Origin: Octopus sinensis
Lineage: Eukaryota
Direction: 5' to 3'
Assembly (NCBI RefSeq): GCF_006345805.1
Contig: NC_043011.1
Location: forward strand, 14,334,464 to 14,398,463
Length of the DNA: 64,000 nt
Shown here: positions 13,141 to 26,630 of the stretch, piece by piece
Layout: each line of letters begins with the position of its first letter
Position numbering within the stretch: position 1 is the first letter of the stretch
The notes under the pieces: generated by a model
Database searches by the model: none
What the model saw: only the letters and a program-made list of their open reading frames with translations
What the model was told of the DNA's origin: nothing
Made by a program: the position numbers and the translations under genes

Positions 13141-14049
13141 TAATTTGAAGTTGTGTGATTAGTAGTAAGAAAGATGTCCAAATTTCTGTAAAAATTATTG
13201 TGCAAAATATTTTGTAAAAAAGTATTTTTTTGCACCACAGCAAAACATGCACACGCATGCAGAGAGGTGCGTCTGTGGTAACTTGAGCTACTAGAAATAG
13301 CAGCCAAATCTCTCTTAAAACACACCCTTTCAACAATAGAATGACGTAGATTTACAATATTTGAAGAAGAAAAAAACTATGCGATGGGCTACTCTGGGCT
13401 AAACAAAGCACACCCATACTTCACATTAAAAGATTATCTACTAAATAATACTAATAAATTTGATGGTATATTTTCAAAGTTTCATTTCCTGGTAAAACTC
13501 CATGTAATTTAAGCATTTTTATCATTGTGCTCTATGTAAGATATAAAGGCTGTTTAGGCAGAGTTGTCTCCCTTAGCTAAAGACCTCAAAATCGTGCGAC
13601 TCAACCTTATTTTCGAGGTTATTTTTGTAGTAAAAAAGAGCTGTGCGAAAGACATACTTTATTTGGTAACCGAAAGATTTCTGAATCTTTTGACACCTCA
13701 TATGTCGAAATCAGCATCTCAGTTTTTGAATCCATAAAGAACATACACAAACTTTGTTTTATATATTAATATATATATACAAATATACACACACACACAT
13801 ATATATATGTATCTTTATACACACATGTATGTTTATATATAAATATAAATGAGAGAGAGAGTGAGAGTGAGGGAATGAGAGTGGAAGCGAGGGTGTGAAG
13901 GCATTGAGTAAGGGGTGGGGCTGAGGCGGTGGCATGGGGTGTGGACGTTGTTTGCTGTTAGAGATAGATTTGGTGAACAAGGTCACATTGTGGAAAAAAA
14001 ACGAAAAAAGACATGTTTAATATGTGATGAGAATGTTGGGATGGTAATT

Positions 14050-14094
14050 ACGATGATGATGATGATGACGATGATGATGATATTAATGATGACA

Positions 14095-14127
<33 letters not shown>

Positions 14128-14372
14128 GTGATGATGGTAATGATAATGGTGTTGATGATGACGACGATGATGATGGTGATGGTGGTGATGACGATGATGA
14201 TGGTGATGGTGGTGATGAGGATGAATTATGATGATGCTCATCGTCATCATGATCATGATGATGATAATGTTGGTGGTGGTGACAATGATGATGATGAGGA
14301 TGATGACGATGATGACGACGACGACGACGACGATGATGATGATCATGATGATCATGATGATCATGACGGTGA
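14050..14372. repeat. (GAT)n/(GAC)n trinucleotide microsatellite
   Basis: Direct reading. Confidence 0.95.
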
Positions 14373-14579
14373 CAGATGCAGATATGGTTGTGTGCTTAAG
14401 GAGTTTGTTTTCCAACCATGTGGTTCCAGGTTCCATCTCACTCCATGGCACCTTGGCCAAGTGTCTTCTACTACAGCTCCAGGCTGACCAAAAGGCTAGT
14501 GAGTGGATGCAGTAGATGGAAACTGAAAGAAGCCTATCATATATACATGAACATATGTATAACGTATGTATATGTATAA

Positions 14580-14661
<82 letters not shown>

Positions 14662-16341
14662 ATATATATATACTAACTGATAAGCCCAGTTTCACCCAGT
14701 AAGTTTGGATGATGTGACTGTAAAACCTGCTCTGTGTAAGCATTCAACTTGTTTGGGTACGCTTACATTAAAAAACAATTTTAGAATGACTTTTTTCTGT
14801 CAAAACACTAAAAATAACTGTCCAACAAAATAGACCAACCAAGATTCAACCAAATCAAAAAATAAACCCAAATACTAAGGGAACAAAGATAAACCATCCC
14901 ACCTCCATTGTGCATGCACATGTACACACACACACGCATGCACGCACACACACATTCACATAACCCTCCCCCCTTTTACATACACACATATATTCACACA
15001 GAGTTGAAATGCTGTTTGATTTATTTTTTTCAGCATACAATTTTCATCATCCCACTACTAAGTATGACATCACCCCTTCCTTCCTTATTCATCTATCACC
15101 CCTTCCTTTATCATTCATAAACACAAGAGTATTATCACAGTAGAGTATCATTATCTCAGTAACCATTGGATCTATGAGAAAAATACAAAGTTCAGCATCA
15201 CCACTGGATCATTCTACGCATCTGTGTAATTTTTCACGCAATTCCACCCAGCCGTTTGACCATGAATCCCAAGACAAGAAAGAATTGCCCATGTCAAATT
15301 TATATATATAGATATATGTATGTCAGCCACCCTTCAATCATTTGGCAATATGCTGTGATTGTGAAGACCTGTTGAACTGAGGGAAATCATAGTCATGGCC
15401 AATGCCAGTGCTGTCTGACTGGCACCTATGCTGGTGGCACGTAAAAGCACCATTCAAGCATTGGGCCCCAGTGACAGGTGACCAAGACCCTTCGCGATAT
15501 ACTGTGCTTGTGTTAACCTGTCAAGCCAAGTGAGACCGTAGTCATGGCCAATCCTGGTATCAGGTCAATGGCACCCATGGTTGGCATTTGGAAGGGCATC
15601 AAGCTGTAGAAACCTTGCCAAATCAGATCGGAACCTGGTGCAGCCCCTTGGCTTACCAATTTTCTGTCAAACTGTCCATCTCATGCCAGCATGGAAAAAT
15701 GAACATTAAACAATGATGATGATGAGGATGATGATGTGTATATGTGTAGTGTATATGTGTGTGTACGAGTGTGTATTTGAGTCTCTTTATTGTAACATCA
15801 TCTGATAGTTGTAAACGAGTATCATTGTCATACAAGCAGTGTCATTCCTTTTCAATGCCTGGCTAAAGGGAAATATTACCTTACTTAGGAACAGATAAAA
15901 GCTAGTGACAGGAAGGGCATCCAACTATAGAAAATCTGCCCTGACAAATTCCATCTTGACCATGCAAGCATTAAAAGGTGGACATTTAATGATGATGAAG
16001 AAGATAAATAATAAACTATAATCCATCTATTTTATACTAAAATTCAAAGTTTGTTTTCTTATTATTTGATTAAGATGATGAAGATTACAAATAAAATAGT
16101 CATTTGCCCCCATTAAGAAAAAAAATCAAGTTGAAAATGTCAACACTTCAAAGGTTTGTGTCAGCTACCACCAGCCATCCTTTTTCTTACTTTTTTTTCC
16201 TTCCCTTAATCATTTATACAACTTTCAGAGTCCCATAAACTTGAAAGATAGAAATTCTCCCTGTATTTTAATGAGATATTTTTGAATTATGGGTACTTGA
16301 TTTTTTTTTTCTTAAAGGGGAAAATTACTATTTTATTTAAA

Positions 16342-17040
16342 ACTAGCAGTATCGCCCGGCATTGCTCGGGTTTGTAAGGGAAATAACTATATAAGCATTT
16401 TTAGAGATGCAAAGTATAATAGCCATCTCAATATGGCTAACCACAAAGGGGGAGGGGTGTTACTGTAGCTTTTTACGTTCTGAGATTTAATAATACATTT
16501 TTAGAGAGTTACTTCCCTTATATAATAGCAAAAAATGCATTAAAAATGGGAAAAAATTATGGTAAATTTTTTTTTTAATCGTAGACTCATCGTAGACGCG
16601 CACTAATACCCAGAAGGGCTCGATATGAATCACGACTATAAGATACCCGCTTTTGGTTACACTGCACCGCAAAATGTGGGAGTAGTTAGGAATCTAAATC
16701 GTAGGAGACAGACACACAACTTCACTTTTATATATAAAGACTAGCAGTATCGCCCGGCATTGCTCGGGTTTGTAAGGGAAATAACTATATAAGCATTTTT
16801 AGAGAGTTATAGCCAAAAAATAGCAAAAAAATGCATTAAAAATGGAAAAAAAATTATGGTAAATTTTTTCTTAAATCGTAGACTCATTGTAGACGCGCGC
16901 TAATACCCAGAAGGGCTCGATATGAATGACGACTATAAGATACCCGCTTTTGGTTAAACTGCACCGCAAAATGTGGGAGTAGTTAGGAATCTAAATCGTA
17001 GGAGACAGACACACAACTTCACTTTTATATATATAGAAGA
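16342..17040 (+). mobile_element. Two head-to-tail copies of a Helitron/Helentron-associated non-autonomous (DINE-1/HINE-like) element; copy 2 lacks ~100 bp internally
   Basis: Both begin ACTAGCAGTATCGCCCGGCATTGCTCGGG (16342, 16740) and end CAGACACACAACTTCACTTTTATATATA. Confidence 0.75.
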
Positions 17041-17150
17041 ACAGACAGAGAGGGACTATCTCTTTATAGACGAAGTTCAGTTGCAATTGGAGGAGGTGAA
17101 TCTCATAAGAATGGGGAACACAAACAACAACAAATAGATTGTACGTTATA

Positions 17151-17550
17151 TATTTCTTTACTACCCACAAGGGGTTAAACACAGAGGGAACAAACAAGGA
17201 CAGACAAACGGATTAAGCCGATTACATCGACCCCAGTGCGTAACTGGTACTTAATTTATCAAGCCCGAAAGGATGAAAGGCAAAGTCGACCTTGGCGGAA
17301 TTTGAACTCAGAACGTAACGGCAGACGAAATACCTATTTCTTTACTACCCACAAGGGATTAAACAAGGACAGACAAACGGATTAAGCCGATTACATCGAC
17401 CCCAGTGCGTAACTGGTACTTAATTTATCGACCCCGAAAGGATGAAAGGCAAAGTCGACCTCGGTGGAATTTGAACTCAGAACGTAACGGTAGACGAAAT
17501 AGAGCTACGCATTTTGCTTGGCGTGCTAATGTTTCTGCCAGCTCGCCACC
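17151..17550 (-). mobile_element. Two tandem/nested SINE family A copies
   Basis: The tail-body block repeats at 17151 and 17335; only the second has the full head. Confidence 0.85.
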
Positions 17551-17556
17551 TAATAG

Positions 17557-17815
17557 ATTGTACGTGATAATGAAACTCTTTTAAAAGTAGTGAAATGCCA
17601 CAGCAACATTGAAATCGTTGCCTCAATGAGGTCAGTTAAGCACATCACAAAGTACACACTGAAAGGAAATGACTAAGCTACCATTCAAATAAACAATGAT
17701 AATGAAGTTAGTCAATATCTAATGGGTAGGTGTACTGGACCATCTGAAGTGGTTGCATCCATTTTAGGATTTTCAATTCATGAAAGAGCACCTGCAATAG
17801 GGAGACTGCAACATA
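17557..17815 (+). pseudogene. Helitron Rep-helicase fragment (region C-terminal to the Rep catalytic motifs)
   Basis: One frame, one stop: IVRDNETLLKVVKCHSNIEIVASMRSVKHITKYTLKGND*...NEVSQYLMGRCTGPSEVVASILGFSIHERAPAIGRL, compared with Helitron-type VVPYNPYLL..FNCHINVE...SVKYL.KYVYKG.D...EI..YL.GRY...SEA.W.I.GF.IHER.P.V.RL. Confidence 0.75.
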
Positions 17816-17895
17816 TCAGAACAATACAGTTTTATATTTAAGAGATGAGGAATTATGTACATTATTTACATTTACATTGTTTACGCTTATACCTA

Positions 17896-17995
17896 TGAGT
17901 ATATGGCATAGTGGTTAAGAGTGCAGGCTACTAACCCCAAAATTCCGAGTTCGATTCCAGGCAATGACCTGAATAATAATAATAATAATAATTTT
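17896..17995 (+). mobile_element. Short tRNA-derived SINE / tRNA pseudogene with (AAT)n tail
   Basis: TGGCATAGTGGTTAAGAG (A-box) ... GAGTTCGATTCCAGG (B-box), then (AAT)n. Confidence 0.6.
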
Positions 17996-18019
17996 TTTTT
18001 TTACATATGTAAAAAATGC

Positions 18020-18870
18020 CATAGAACTGCTATTATAAGAAGGTCAGGCTTGTGTAGGATGGAAGATTGCAAAGGTAAAGCTCTATACAAGAAATTAAAA
18101 ACGAATGAAACTGAAAATAGGTGGGTAAAGAAAAGAATGCACGGACAATTTCATAGGGATGTTGACAGATAGAGAAAAAGATGGCTGTGGATGACTAAAA
18201 GTGATTTAAAAATGGAAATGGAGGCTCTAATCTGTGCTGCCCAAGAGCAAGCACTAAGAACAAACTACATAAAATACAGAATAGACAACACATCAGAAAG
18301 TGATAAGTGCAGAATCTGTGGAGAAAACGGTGAAACCGTATGGCTTATTACCAGACAATGTATGCTACTAGCCCAGAAAGAATATAAGAGATGCCACAAC
18401 AATATAGCCAAGCTTGTCCATTGAACACTTTGCAACAAGTATGGACTTGACAGAGCAAAAAATTGGTACAACCACAAACCTGAAAGCATTGTCAAAAATA
18501 GAAATGCAAAGACCCTATGGGATTTTATGATTCAGTGCGACCATGAGATAGAGAATAGGAAGCCAGAAATAGTCTTAATTGAGAAAGAAAACAAACTACG
18601 CTGGATCATAGATATAGCATGCCCAGCTGACAACAAGGTATGCAATAAGGAAGAAAAAAAAGTCGAAAGATATGACAGGTTAGCTTGGGAAGTTAAGCAG
18701 TTGTGGTCAATGAAAAAGGTGGTAGTAGTACCAATAATTGTCAGAGCCCTGGGAACAGTGAGTAAAAATCTCGAGAAGTACATGGAACAAATAGGGGCTG
18801 CAATAAGGGTGGAGCACTTGCAGAAAACAGCACTGCTTGGAACCGCTGGAATATTCCAGAAGGTGCCAGT
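18020..18870 (+). pseudogene. Non-LTR retrotransposon 3' fragment with restriction-like endonuclease (R4/Dong-like)
   Basis: CRICG..ETV.....C zinc knuckle, CHNNIA (RHN/D motif), LWDF.IQCD, RKPEIVL (PD), IIDIACP, KVERY, PIIVRALG, LQKTALLGT. Confidence 0.85.
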
Positions 18871-19071
18871 CAAGGCAGTGCTGGCATCGACCACGTTCGG
18901 ATGGTGCTTTTTACATGCCACCAGCTTTGGGGCCAGTCAGGCAGCACTGGCATCAGCCACGCTTGAATGGTGCCTTTTATGTACTACTGGCATGGGTACC
19001 AATCAGGTGGCTCTGACATCGGCCATGAATACAATTTCACTTGACTCAACAGGTCTTCTCAGCACAACATC

Positions 19072-19154
<83 letters not shown>

Positions 19155-19439
19155 AATAAACAAAAGTACAAGATAGTACCAACATTACTAGAAATAAGAG
19201 TAAAAAATGACTCAAAAAGCCAAAAAAGCACCATCTGGTACTATTTTGTACCTTTGTTTATTAATTTGCCTTTAGGTTTTAATTGCTAGGTCCATCTATA
19301 TGATAATATATTTATATATTGTATTATTTTATTTATACCATATATATATAGGGAGAGAGAGAGAGAGAAAGAGGGAGAGAGATACATACATGCATAAATA
19401 TATACATATAATATATATATATATATAATATATATATAT

Positions 19440-19472
<33 letters not shown>

Positions 19473-19774
19473 TATATATTATATATACGTGGAGGCGCAA
19501 TGGCCCAGTGGTTAGGGCAGTGGACTCACGGTCAGAGGATCACAGTTTCGTTATGAGCGTTTATTGAGTGAAAACACCTAAAGCTCCACGAGGCTCCGGC
19601 AGGGGGTGGTGGCGATCTCTGCTGTACTCTTTTGCCACAACTTTCTCTCTCTCTTTCTTCTGTTGGCCTGAAGTGTAAAGGGGAAGACAGGTGAGGTTTA
19701 CCCGTGGAAAGAAAAGCCTACGGAAAAGACCACGGTAACTTCGGTCAATGAAGTCACATGTTATATATATTATA

Positions 19775-20440
19775 TTTTTTTTTGCAAATAAGCAACTCTG
19801 TATTAATTTTTACGGTTCATAGAATCATAGTCAAGGTGGCTTCGTCATTCATACGTGCCATCCTTGCTACATTCACCCATCTTTTTTTTTAAAAACATTC
19901 ACTGGACAAAACTTGCCTCTCTACTCTCACTTTCCTCTTCAAGTGATACTTGAAGAAGTTGAGAGATTGACCAGAGAGGAAAGTGTTTGTCTCTAATCCT
20001 TTCAGACTCGTCCACCAGATACAAGTATGATAAAAATAGCTCTTCCTTCCCGTGTGAAGGAAGGAGGCATGACGATATTAACGCGGCTGATAAACCGACA
20101 CGTCCCACACGTGACAGCAGCCGTTCGACATAAGCCCACAGGTCGGAGATTGTTGGACACTGCACGATTGCGTGCAGAACGGTTTCGTCGCTCTGCCCGC
20201 ATCCAGGCAGATCGGCACCGTGTTTCTCGAGCCATGCCTATAGAGCTTGTCCCGAACGGGTAGCGCTTCTCGGTAGCACCGCCAGGCCAGGGATCTCTGG
20301 AAGTTGTCCATAGGTCGCGGCCCGAAAGTCGTTTCAAACAGGCGGGGTCAGGTATTCCTCGTCGACGCCCAGGTTTGCCCCAAGATCGTCGTCGTACCTC
20401 CCCTCCACTAATCCCCTATAGAATACTTTGGTTGTATTGA
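19775..20440 (-). pseudogene. L1/Tx1-clade LINE 3' fragment (zf-RVT region)
   Basis: FQRSLAWRCYREALPVRDKLYRHG...PIC...(frameshift)...QCPTISDLW matches the W...LP...L....C..C..ET..H...C....W pattern. Confidence 0.75.
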
Positions 20441-20502
20441 AGTCACTCAAGGTCGACCGGGGACGGCAGAGTTGCTTGAGAGCAACGCGACACTCGCGGT
20501 AG

Positions 20503-20580
<78 letters not shown>

Positions 20581-21260
20581 CAACTTTCTGTATATTTTTC
20601 GCTTAATTATTATCGCCGAAAGATGTAAACGTTGGTGGGAAAAGCCAATGCGTAACGATGCCTTCTGTTGCAAACAAGCTCTTATACTCTGTGTCAGAAG
20701 TGCAACGACTCATCGTAACCAGCGCTATTGTTCACCAACAGCGGTATTGTTCGCTAACAACGCTATTGTTCACCATTTGCTACATAAAAATAAATAAATA
20801 AATAAATGAATAACTAAAACAGTAACTAACGTGTGTTTGGTGTATGTGAGCTATTAAGAAGCAGGTCACATTTACGATCTCACACTTAACAAATAGTACG
20901 AGCGAGATGGGAGGTTGAATGTGGGATGAAGGTAGGTCGATGAAGGTAGCAGCCAGCAATCGGCGTTGACGCGTGCTGGCAAGTGACTCCCCGGCACTCG
21001 CCATACGTCACTCCCGTTTGTAGCACGCATTGGTGGACGGTCTTATGTAAGTGGGGCACCTTTCATCAACAGTTTGACATATTTGCCAAAGTTAACAGCT
21101 GTTTACATACGACTTTCGAGAGTTGCTTTTTGTTTTGGCAGCATTCAGCTGTTGGTTTCGCCCTGGGTCAGCCTGATCTGGTTGATTTATGAATAGGAAC
21201 GATGCAGCGATGATCTTTCTCCTGTTCGAACCACGTTAGAAGCAATGTTTGTCAACAGTT

Positions 21261-21405
21261 TATGTATGTATGTATGTATGTATGTATGCATGCATGCGTG
21301 TATGTATGTATGTATGTATGCATGTATGTATGTGTGTATGTATGCATGTATGTACGTATGTATGTACGTATGTAGGTATGTGCGTATGTATGTATGTGTA
21401 TGTAT
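21261..21405. repeat. (TATG)n microsatellite; similar arrays at ~4268-4350, 8265-8360, 28608-28830, 38570-38840
   Basis: Direct reading. Confidence 0.95.
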
Positions 21406-21515
21406 GTGTGTATTGTGGTCTTGTGCTAAAGAAAAAAATATCATTTATAACTTTACTTCTAGTTCTACGTTTGAAAACGAATTATTCCACGTTCTCTCGA
21501 AGTTTCTAAATTCTT

Positions 21516-21570
<55 letters not shown>

Positions 21571-22046
21571 AGGAAAGAAAGAAAGGAAGGAAGGAAGGGA
21601 GAGAAAGAAAGAAAGAAAGAAAAGAAAGGAAGAAAGAGAAAGAGAGGAAGAAAGAGAAGAGAGAAAGAAAGAAAAAAGAAAAGAAGAACGAAAGAGAGAG
21701 AGAAAGAAAGGAAAGAAAGAAAGAAAGAAAGAAAGGAAGAAGGAAGAAAGAAAGAAAGAACGAGAGGGGGAAACGAAAGAAAGAGAAGGAAAGAGAGAGA
21801 GAGAAAGAGAGGGGGAAAGAAAGAAAAGAAAGGAAAGAAAGAAAAGAAAGAGAAGGAAAGAGAGAGAGAAAGAGAGTGGGAAAGAAAGAAAAAAGAAAGG
21901 GAGGGAGAGAGAGAAAGAAGGGGAGACAAAGAAAGAGAGAGATAGAGAGAGAAAAGAAATAAAAAAGAAAGAAAGAAAAGAAAGAGAAACAAAGAAGAAG
22001 AAAGAAGAAAGAAAGAAAGAAAAAAGAAAGAAAGAAAGAGAAAGCG

Positions 22047-22087
<41 letters not shown>

Positions 22088-22154
22088 AAGAAAGAAAGAA
22101 GAAAAAAGAAAGAAACGAAAGAAAGAGAAGGAAAGAGAGAGAGAGAAAGAGTGG

Positions 22155-22192
<38 letters not shown>

Positions 22193-22298
22193 GGAGAGAA
22201 AGAAAGAAAAGAAAGTGAAGGAAAGAGAGAGAGAAAGAGAGTGGGAAAGAAAGAAAAAAGAAAGGGAGGGAGGGAGAGAAAGAAAGGGAGAGAAAGAG

Positions 22299-22357
<59 letters not shown>

Positions 22358-22378
22358 AGAAAGAAGAAAGAAAGAAGA
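21516..22378. repeat. ~860-bp polypurine (GAAA)n/(GA)n tract
   Basis: Almost exclusively A/G on the + strand, with internally duplicated sub-blocks. Confidence 0.95.
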
Positions 22379-22793
22379 TATGGTCTAACAGCCATGGACA
22401 TCTTTATAAAATCAAAAAACATCATGGACGCCCATAACTTTGGGAAACATTGTTTCACGCTCAGAATTGCTGAAGCATGGAATAAGTTGTTAGCTATTTG
22501 GGGACACTGCATCCTTCAAAACTTCCCTGCTTCCCCAAATTCGCCAACAGCACACCTGATGACCCCCACTCCATCCTTTTTTTAGCGATTCGTGCTGTTT
22601 ACTTCCAACGTGTACCTATGTACCCTACACGCACCTTTTTGCTACCTTTTCCGACGAGTTGTATATTGCACCTGAGCACTGTATACAATAAATTCGTTAC
22701 ATTATTTTTTACATTTTTACCTTCTCACTTGTTTTACCTGGCAGAAAAACGTGCGTCGATCAAAATGCTTAGCGGCATCTCTTGTGTCTTTGC

Positions 22794-22871
<78 letters not shown>

Positions 22872-22880
22872 TATTATTAT
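22379..22880 (+). pseudogene. CR1/L2-type LINE 3' end with (TAT)n tail
   Basis: [19 protein letters not shown] resembles the CR1 C-terminal ...HFFS.RV...WN.LP; ends CACCTGAGCACTGTATACAATAA...(TAT)n. Confidence 0.65.
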
Positions 22881-23023
22881 TACGTACAGAGTTCAACTTT
22901 CACCGAAAATAAAATTTGTCTTCCATCTTTCCAGGATTCGATAAAATTGACAGGTAACGCTAGAACCGTAGTTAAATTCTCGGTTCGATAATGATACGAC
23001 TGAGGAGTCTAACGCGGGTCATA

Positions 23024-23519
23024 TCTCTATTTATAAAACTGAAATGCGTTTTTACCGCTTGGATCGCTTTCAATGCCACTACATCCCGTCCGATTCGCTC
23101 CAAAATTTACTGGGACATGTAGAATGAGGTGACGATGCTCGTGGGCTACCTTAGAAATCTCTATCTTAAAAGGTGTGGTTGCTAGGGGCCATCTTCCTCA
23201 CTCACGCTATTTCCTCCATTCCCCCCTAACTCCCCTTCATTTATAACTTTGATAAGTCCACTCCCGTTATTTAACGTATCTGTCTTCCTCAACTCACTCT
23301 CGCTATTTCCTCTCTTCCCAGAACATTTTCACTCACTCTATCTCTTAGCTTCCCATAACTTTCACTTATGTATCTGTCTGAATTCATACAGAGAAACAAA
23401 TATTCCATCGCCATCGCATTCTATTGTCTACCTGTCAACGCGCCGATCGACCAAATACAAAGACAAGGTTACCTGCTTACCAGTCGAATTCAGCGTCAAC
23501 GCTCACGTATGAGAGAGAG

Positions 23520-23566
<47 letters not shown>

Positions 23567-23746
23567 AACACACACATATATACATATATATAAATTTTAT
23601 ATTTTATATATTTTCTATATTATATTTTTATTTTTATGTTTTTGTTTTTCGTTTTTTACTGTTTCATTTGCCTATTAGTGGTTTTATCTCTAATTTAATT
23701 TATACATATATATATAATTTGTATATATAATGCGTGCACACACACA

Positions 23747-23792
<46 letters not shown>

Positions 23793-26630
23793 GTGTGCAT
23801 TATGTGGTCGGTCGGTTCAGCTGAAAATATGCACACCTATGTTAAAAGTGCTGGCAAGTTTGCATGACAACTATTTTTTTCCTCAAATTAAAGGCGTGAC
23901 CTCTACGACAAAATTCCTCAACTTATAAAATGTGACTCCAGTAGACCCGAATGAAATCGGGTTATATTAATCAAAATGTGAAAAGGGGTCTAGAATTATC
24001 ATTGCCACAACTTATGTATATGTCTTCCTCACTCACTCACTCTTTTTCCTAATGATAATTAGCATCGCCACCACCACCACCACCAACACACAATCATGAC
24101 AATCTTTCTCTTAAAACAAATCATGTTTACATTGCAAAAACGGAAACAATTACGCGAGATGAACCAAGATTTTTGCCTGAACAAAGAGAGATTTATAATG
24201 AAATTATTGACAGTGTTAGATTGAACCAAGGAAAGCTTTTCTTTTTGAATGCTCCAGGTGGTACTGGTAAAACTTTCGTTATCAATTTGATTCTCGCAAA
24301 GCTGCGCGCTGAACGTCGAATTGCCATTGCATGTGCCTCAAGTGGTATTGCTTCAAGGCGGCCGTACGGCACATAGTGCATTCAAATTGCCCATGGACAT
24401 TGGAAAAAAAGATAATCCTATATGTAATATAGATCGTAGTTCCTCAAGAGCAAGACTTCTTCGTGAATGCAGTCTTTTTATTTGGGATGAGGCTACAATG
24501 AGTAATAAGGCCATGTTTGAGGCTCTTGACAGAACTCTCCAAGATTTGCGTCACAATACAAAAATAATGGGTGGAGCTACGTTTCTCATGGCAGGAGATT
24601 TTCGACAAACTCTTCCTGTTGTCCGAGCAGGCACTAGAGCCGATGAGGTTAATGCATGTATAAAGCATTCTTATGTATGGCACAGTGTTATCAGTCGCCA
24701 TCTTCAAACAAACATGAGAGTCCACCTACATGGTGATGTGGAGTCTGAGGCTTTCGCAAAACACCTATTAGATCTTGGTGATGGAGTTTTGCCTTTCGTT
24801 GATGATGAGCATATTCGGTTGCCTTTTGGGAATTTCGTTCCAAATGTAGAAGAACTTATAAGAGCCGTTTTACCTGACGTCGAAACCAACTTCCAGGATC
24901 TCGATTGGCTAAGAGCAAGAGCTATTCTATCGCCTCATAATACAACAGCTGATGCTACAAATAAACAAGTGCTTGATATGATTCCTGATGAGATAGTTTC
25001 TTTCATGTCCATCGATACAAATAAAGATGAGAATGATGCAGTCAAATATCCACCCGAGCTACTCAACAAGCTAACACCTCCGAGACTTCCACCTCATCAT
25101 TTGTGTTTGAAAGTTGGTGCTCCAATCATGGTGCTCAGAAATATGGAAACGCCTGAAATATGCAATGGAACCCAAATGGTTATAAGGAGGATTCAAAGCC
25201 ATGTTATAACTGCTGAAATTTTGAGTGGACCATTTGTAGGAACAATGAAGATGATACATAAAATGAGTATTTCACCCTCTGATGTTCCCATTCAGTTTAA
25301 ACGCTTTCAATTTCCGATAAAACTATGCTTCGCGATGACAATCAACAAGTCACAGGGACAGTCACTGGACATTGTAGGCATTAACCTGTCACAACCGGTT
25401 TTCAGTCATGGTCAATTGTACGTAGCCTGTTCTCGAGTTGGAAATCCACATAAACTCTTCATTCTTGGCAATCATGAGCGCACAAGGAATGTGGTTTATC
25501 AGGAGGCTCTGACAAAAGAAAACTGATTGTAAGTCATGAAATTTTGCTTGATTTTTTATTTTGCACCTCTTCATTATCTCTTCATTCTTGAAAATAAAGA
25601 CATTCAAAAGAACATGGTTCATAAAGAACATTGGGTTCAGATGTTTGCAAACATTTGATCCTACTCGTTCTCTTTATTCCTCATTTTCCGATTCCTTCTA
25701 CGTCTCCATTAAACGGTTTTGTCAAGTTATTGTTTCTTCGCTAACATAAAGTGAATGAGTTGTTAATTACATTTTATACACTATTCCATTGTTTAGGTGG
25801 TGTCGAAAGAACTGGCATGTGTCACCATATTAACTCTCTCAGTCAAACTCCCAACTCATGAGTTCACGTCGTGATACTCTTTCTACAAAACTGAGCTGGG
25901 TATGAATTCTAATTTCATACACTATTACAGATGTGAGTTTAAATTCTGCCTTTTTTGGTTTAAACTATCTTCCTGAAGGTTAAAAAAATTCTTTTTTTTA
26001 GAGTCCTCTACAATATTCGCCACCGAAATTCCATTTTTCACTTTTATGATTATACCCAGAGTGCTCTAATCGAATATGAACTGTCTTCCCATTGGCGGAC
26101 GTTTGTCTTTTTTTATTTTTGAAACAAACACATTGCCTATTTCGTTTTAAAACAATACTACTTTAATACATTGGTCCAACAAACAAAACATCACCCACTC
26201 TCATTCTTTTATGAATCTGTCTTCCTCCATCACTCACTCTCTTTTCTCCCTTCCTTTCAATTTCTATCTATAACGTCGTTTCACAGCGTCTACCTCACTT
26301 ACATTCACTTTATAACGTCGTTTCACAGCGTCCGTTATCCCCCCTCCCTGCCTTCCACAGCGCTTTCACACACTCTCACTCTCTATGTCTGTCTGCATTC
26401 ATAGAGAGAATTATCATCGCCACGACCAACACACAATCATGACAACAAATATTATGAATCAGATATTTATTGGGTTAATTTATATATGTGTGTGTATCTA
26501 TATATAATAATGTATATATACAAAGTGTATATATCTGTATGTATATATATATATATAATTTGTATACATTTATATATATATATATATACCACACTCTTAC
26601 CCGCGCGTGGAGCGGGTCACCTTCAGCTAG
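23024..26630 (+). mobile_element. Helitron-type element (~3.6 kb) carrying a helicase but no Rep
   Basis: A^TC at 23023/23024; GC hairpin ACCCGC-GCGTGGA-GCGGGT (26599-26617) 9 nt before the terminal CTAG^T (26627-26631); internal PIF1-like helicase. The 5' boundary is less certain than the 3' one. Confidence 0.7.
24173..25526 (+). pseudogene. Helitron PIF1-like SF1 helicase, single frameshift near 24355, N-terminally truncated
   Basis: APGGTGKT (Walker A), ASSGIAS, GGRTAHS, IWDEATM (Walker B), AGDFRQTLPV, LQTNMR, RAILSPHN, LKVGAPIMVLRN, CNGT, QFPIKLCFAMTINKSQGQS, FSHGQLYVACSRV. Confidence 0.92.

Noticed and set aside
13915-14515. Poly-Met/Asp/His ORFs
   Set aside because: (GAT)n repeat plus SINE sequence
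21465-22512. Long Phe/Leu/Ser (or Lys/Glu/Arg) ORFs of 175-332 aa
   Set aside because: Translations of a (GAAA)n tract with no stop codons by composition
24173-25526. Host PIF1 gene
   Set aside because: Intronless, frameshifted, Helitron-type motif spacing, and enclosed by Helitron termini
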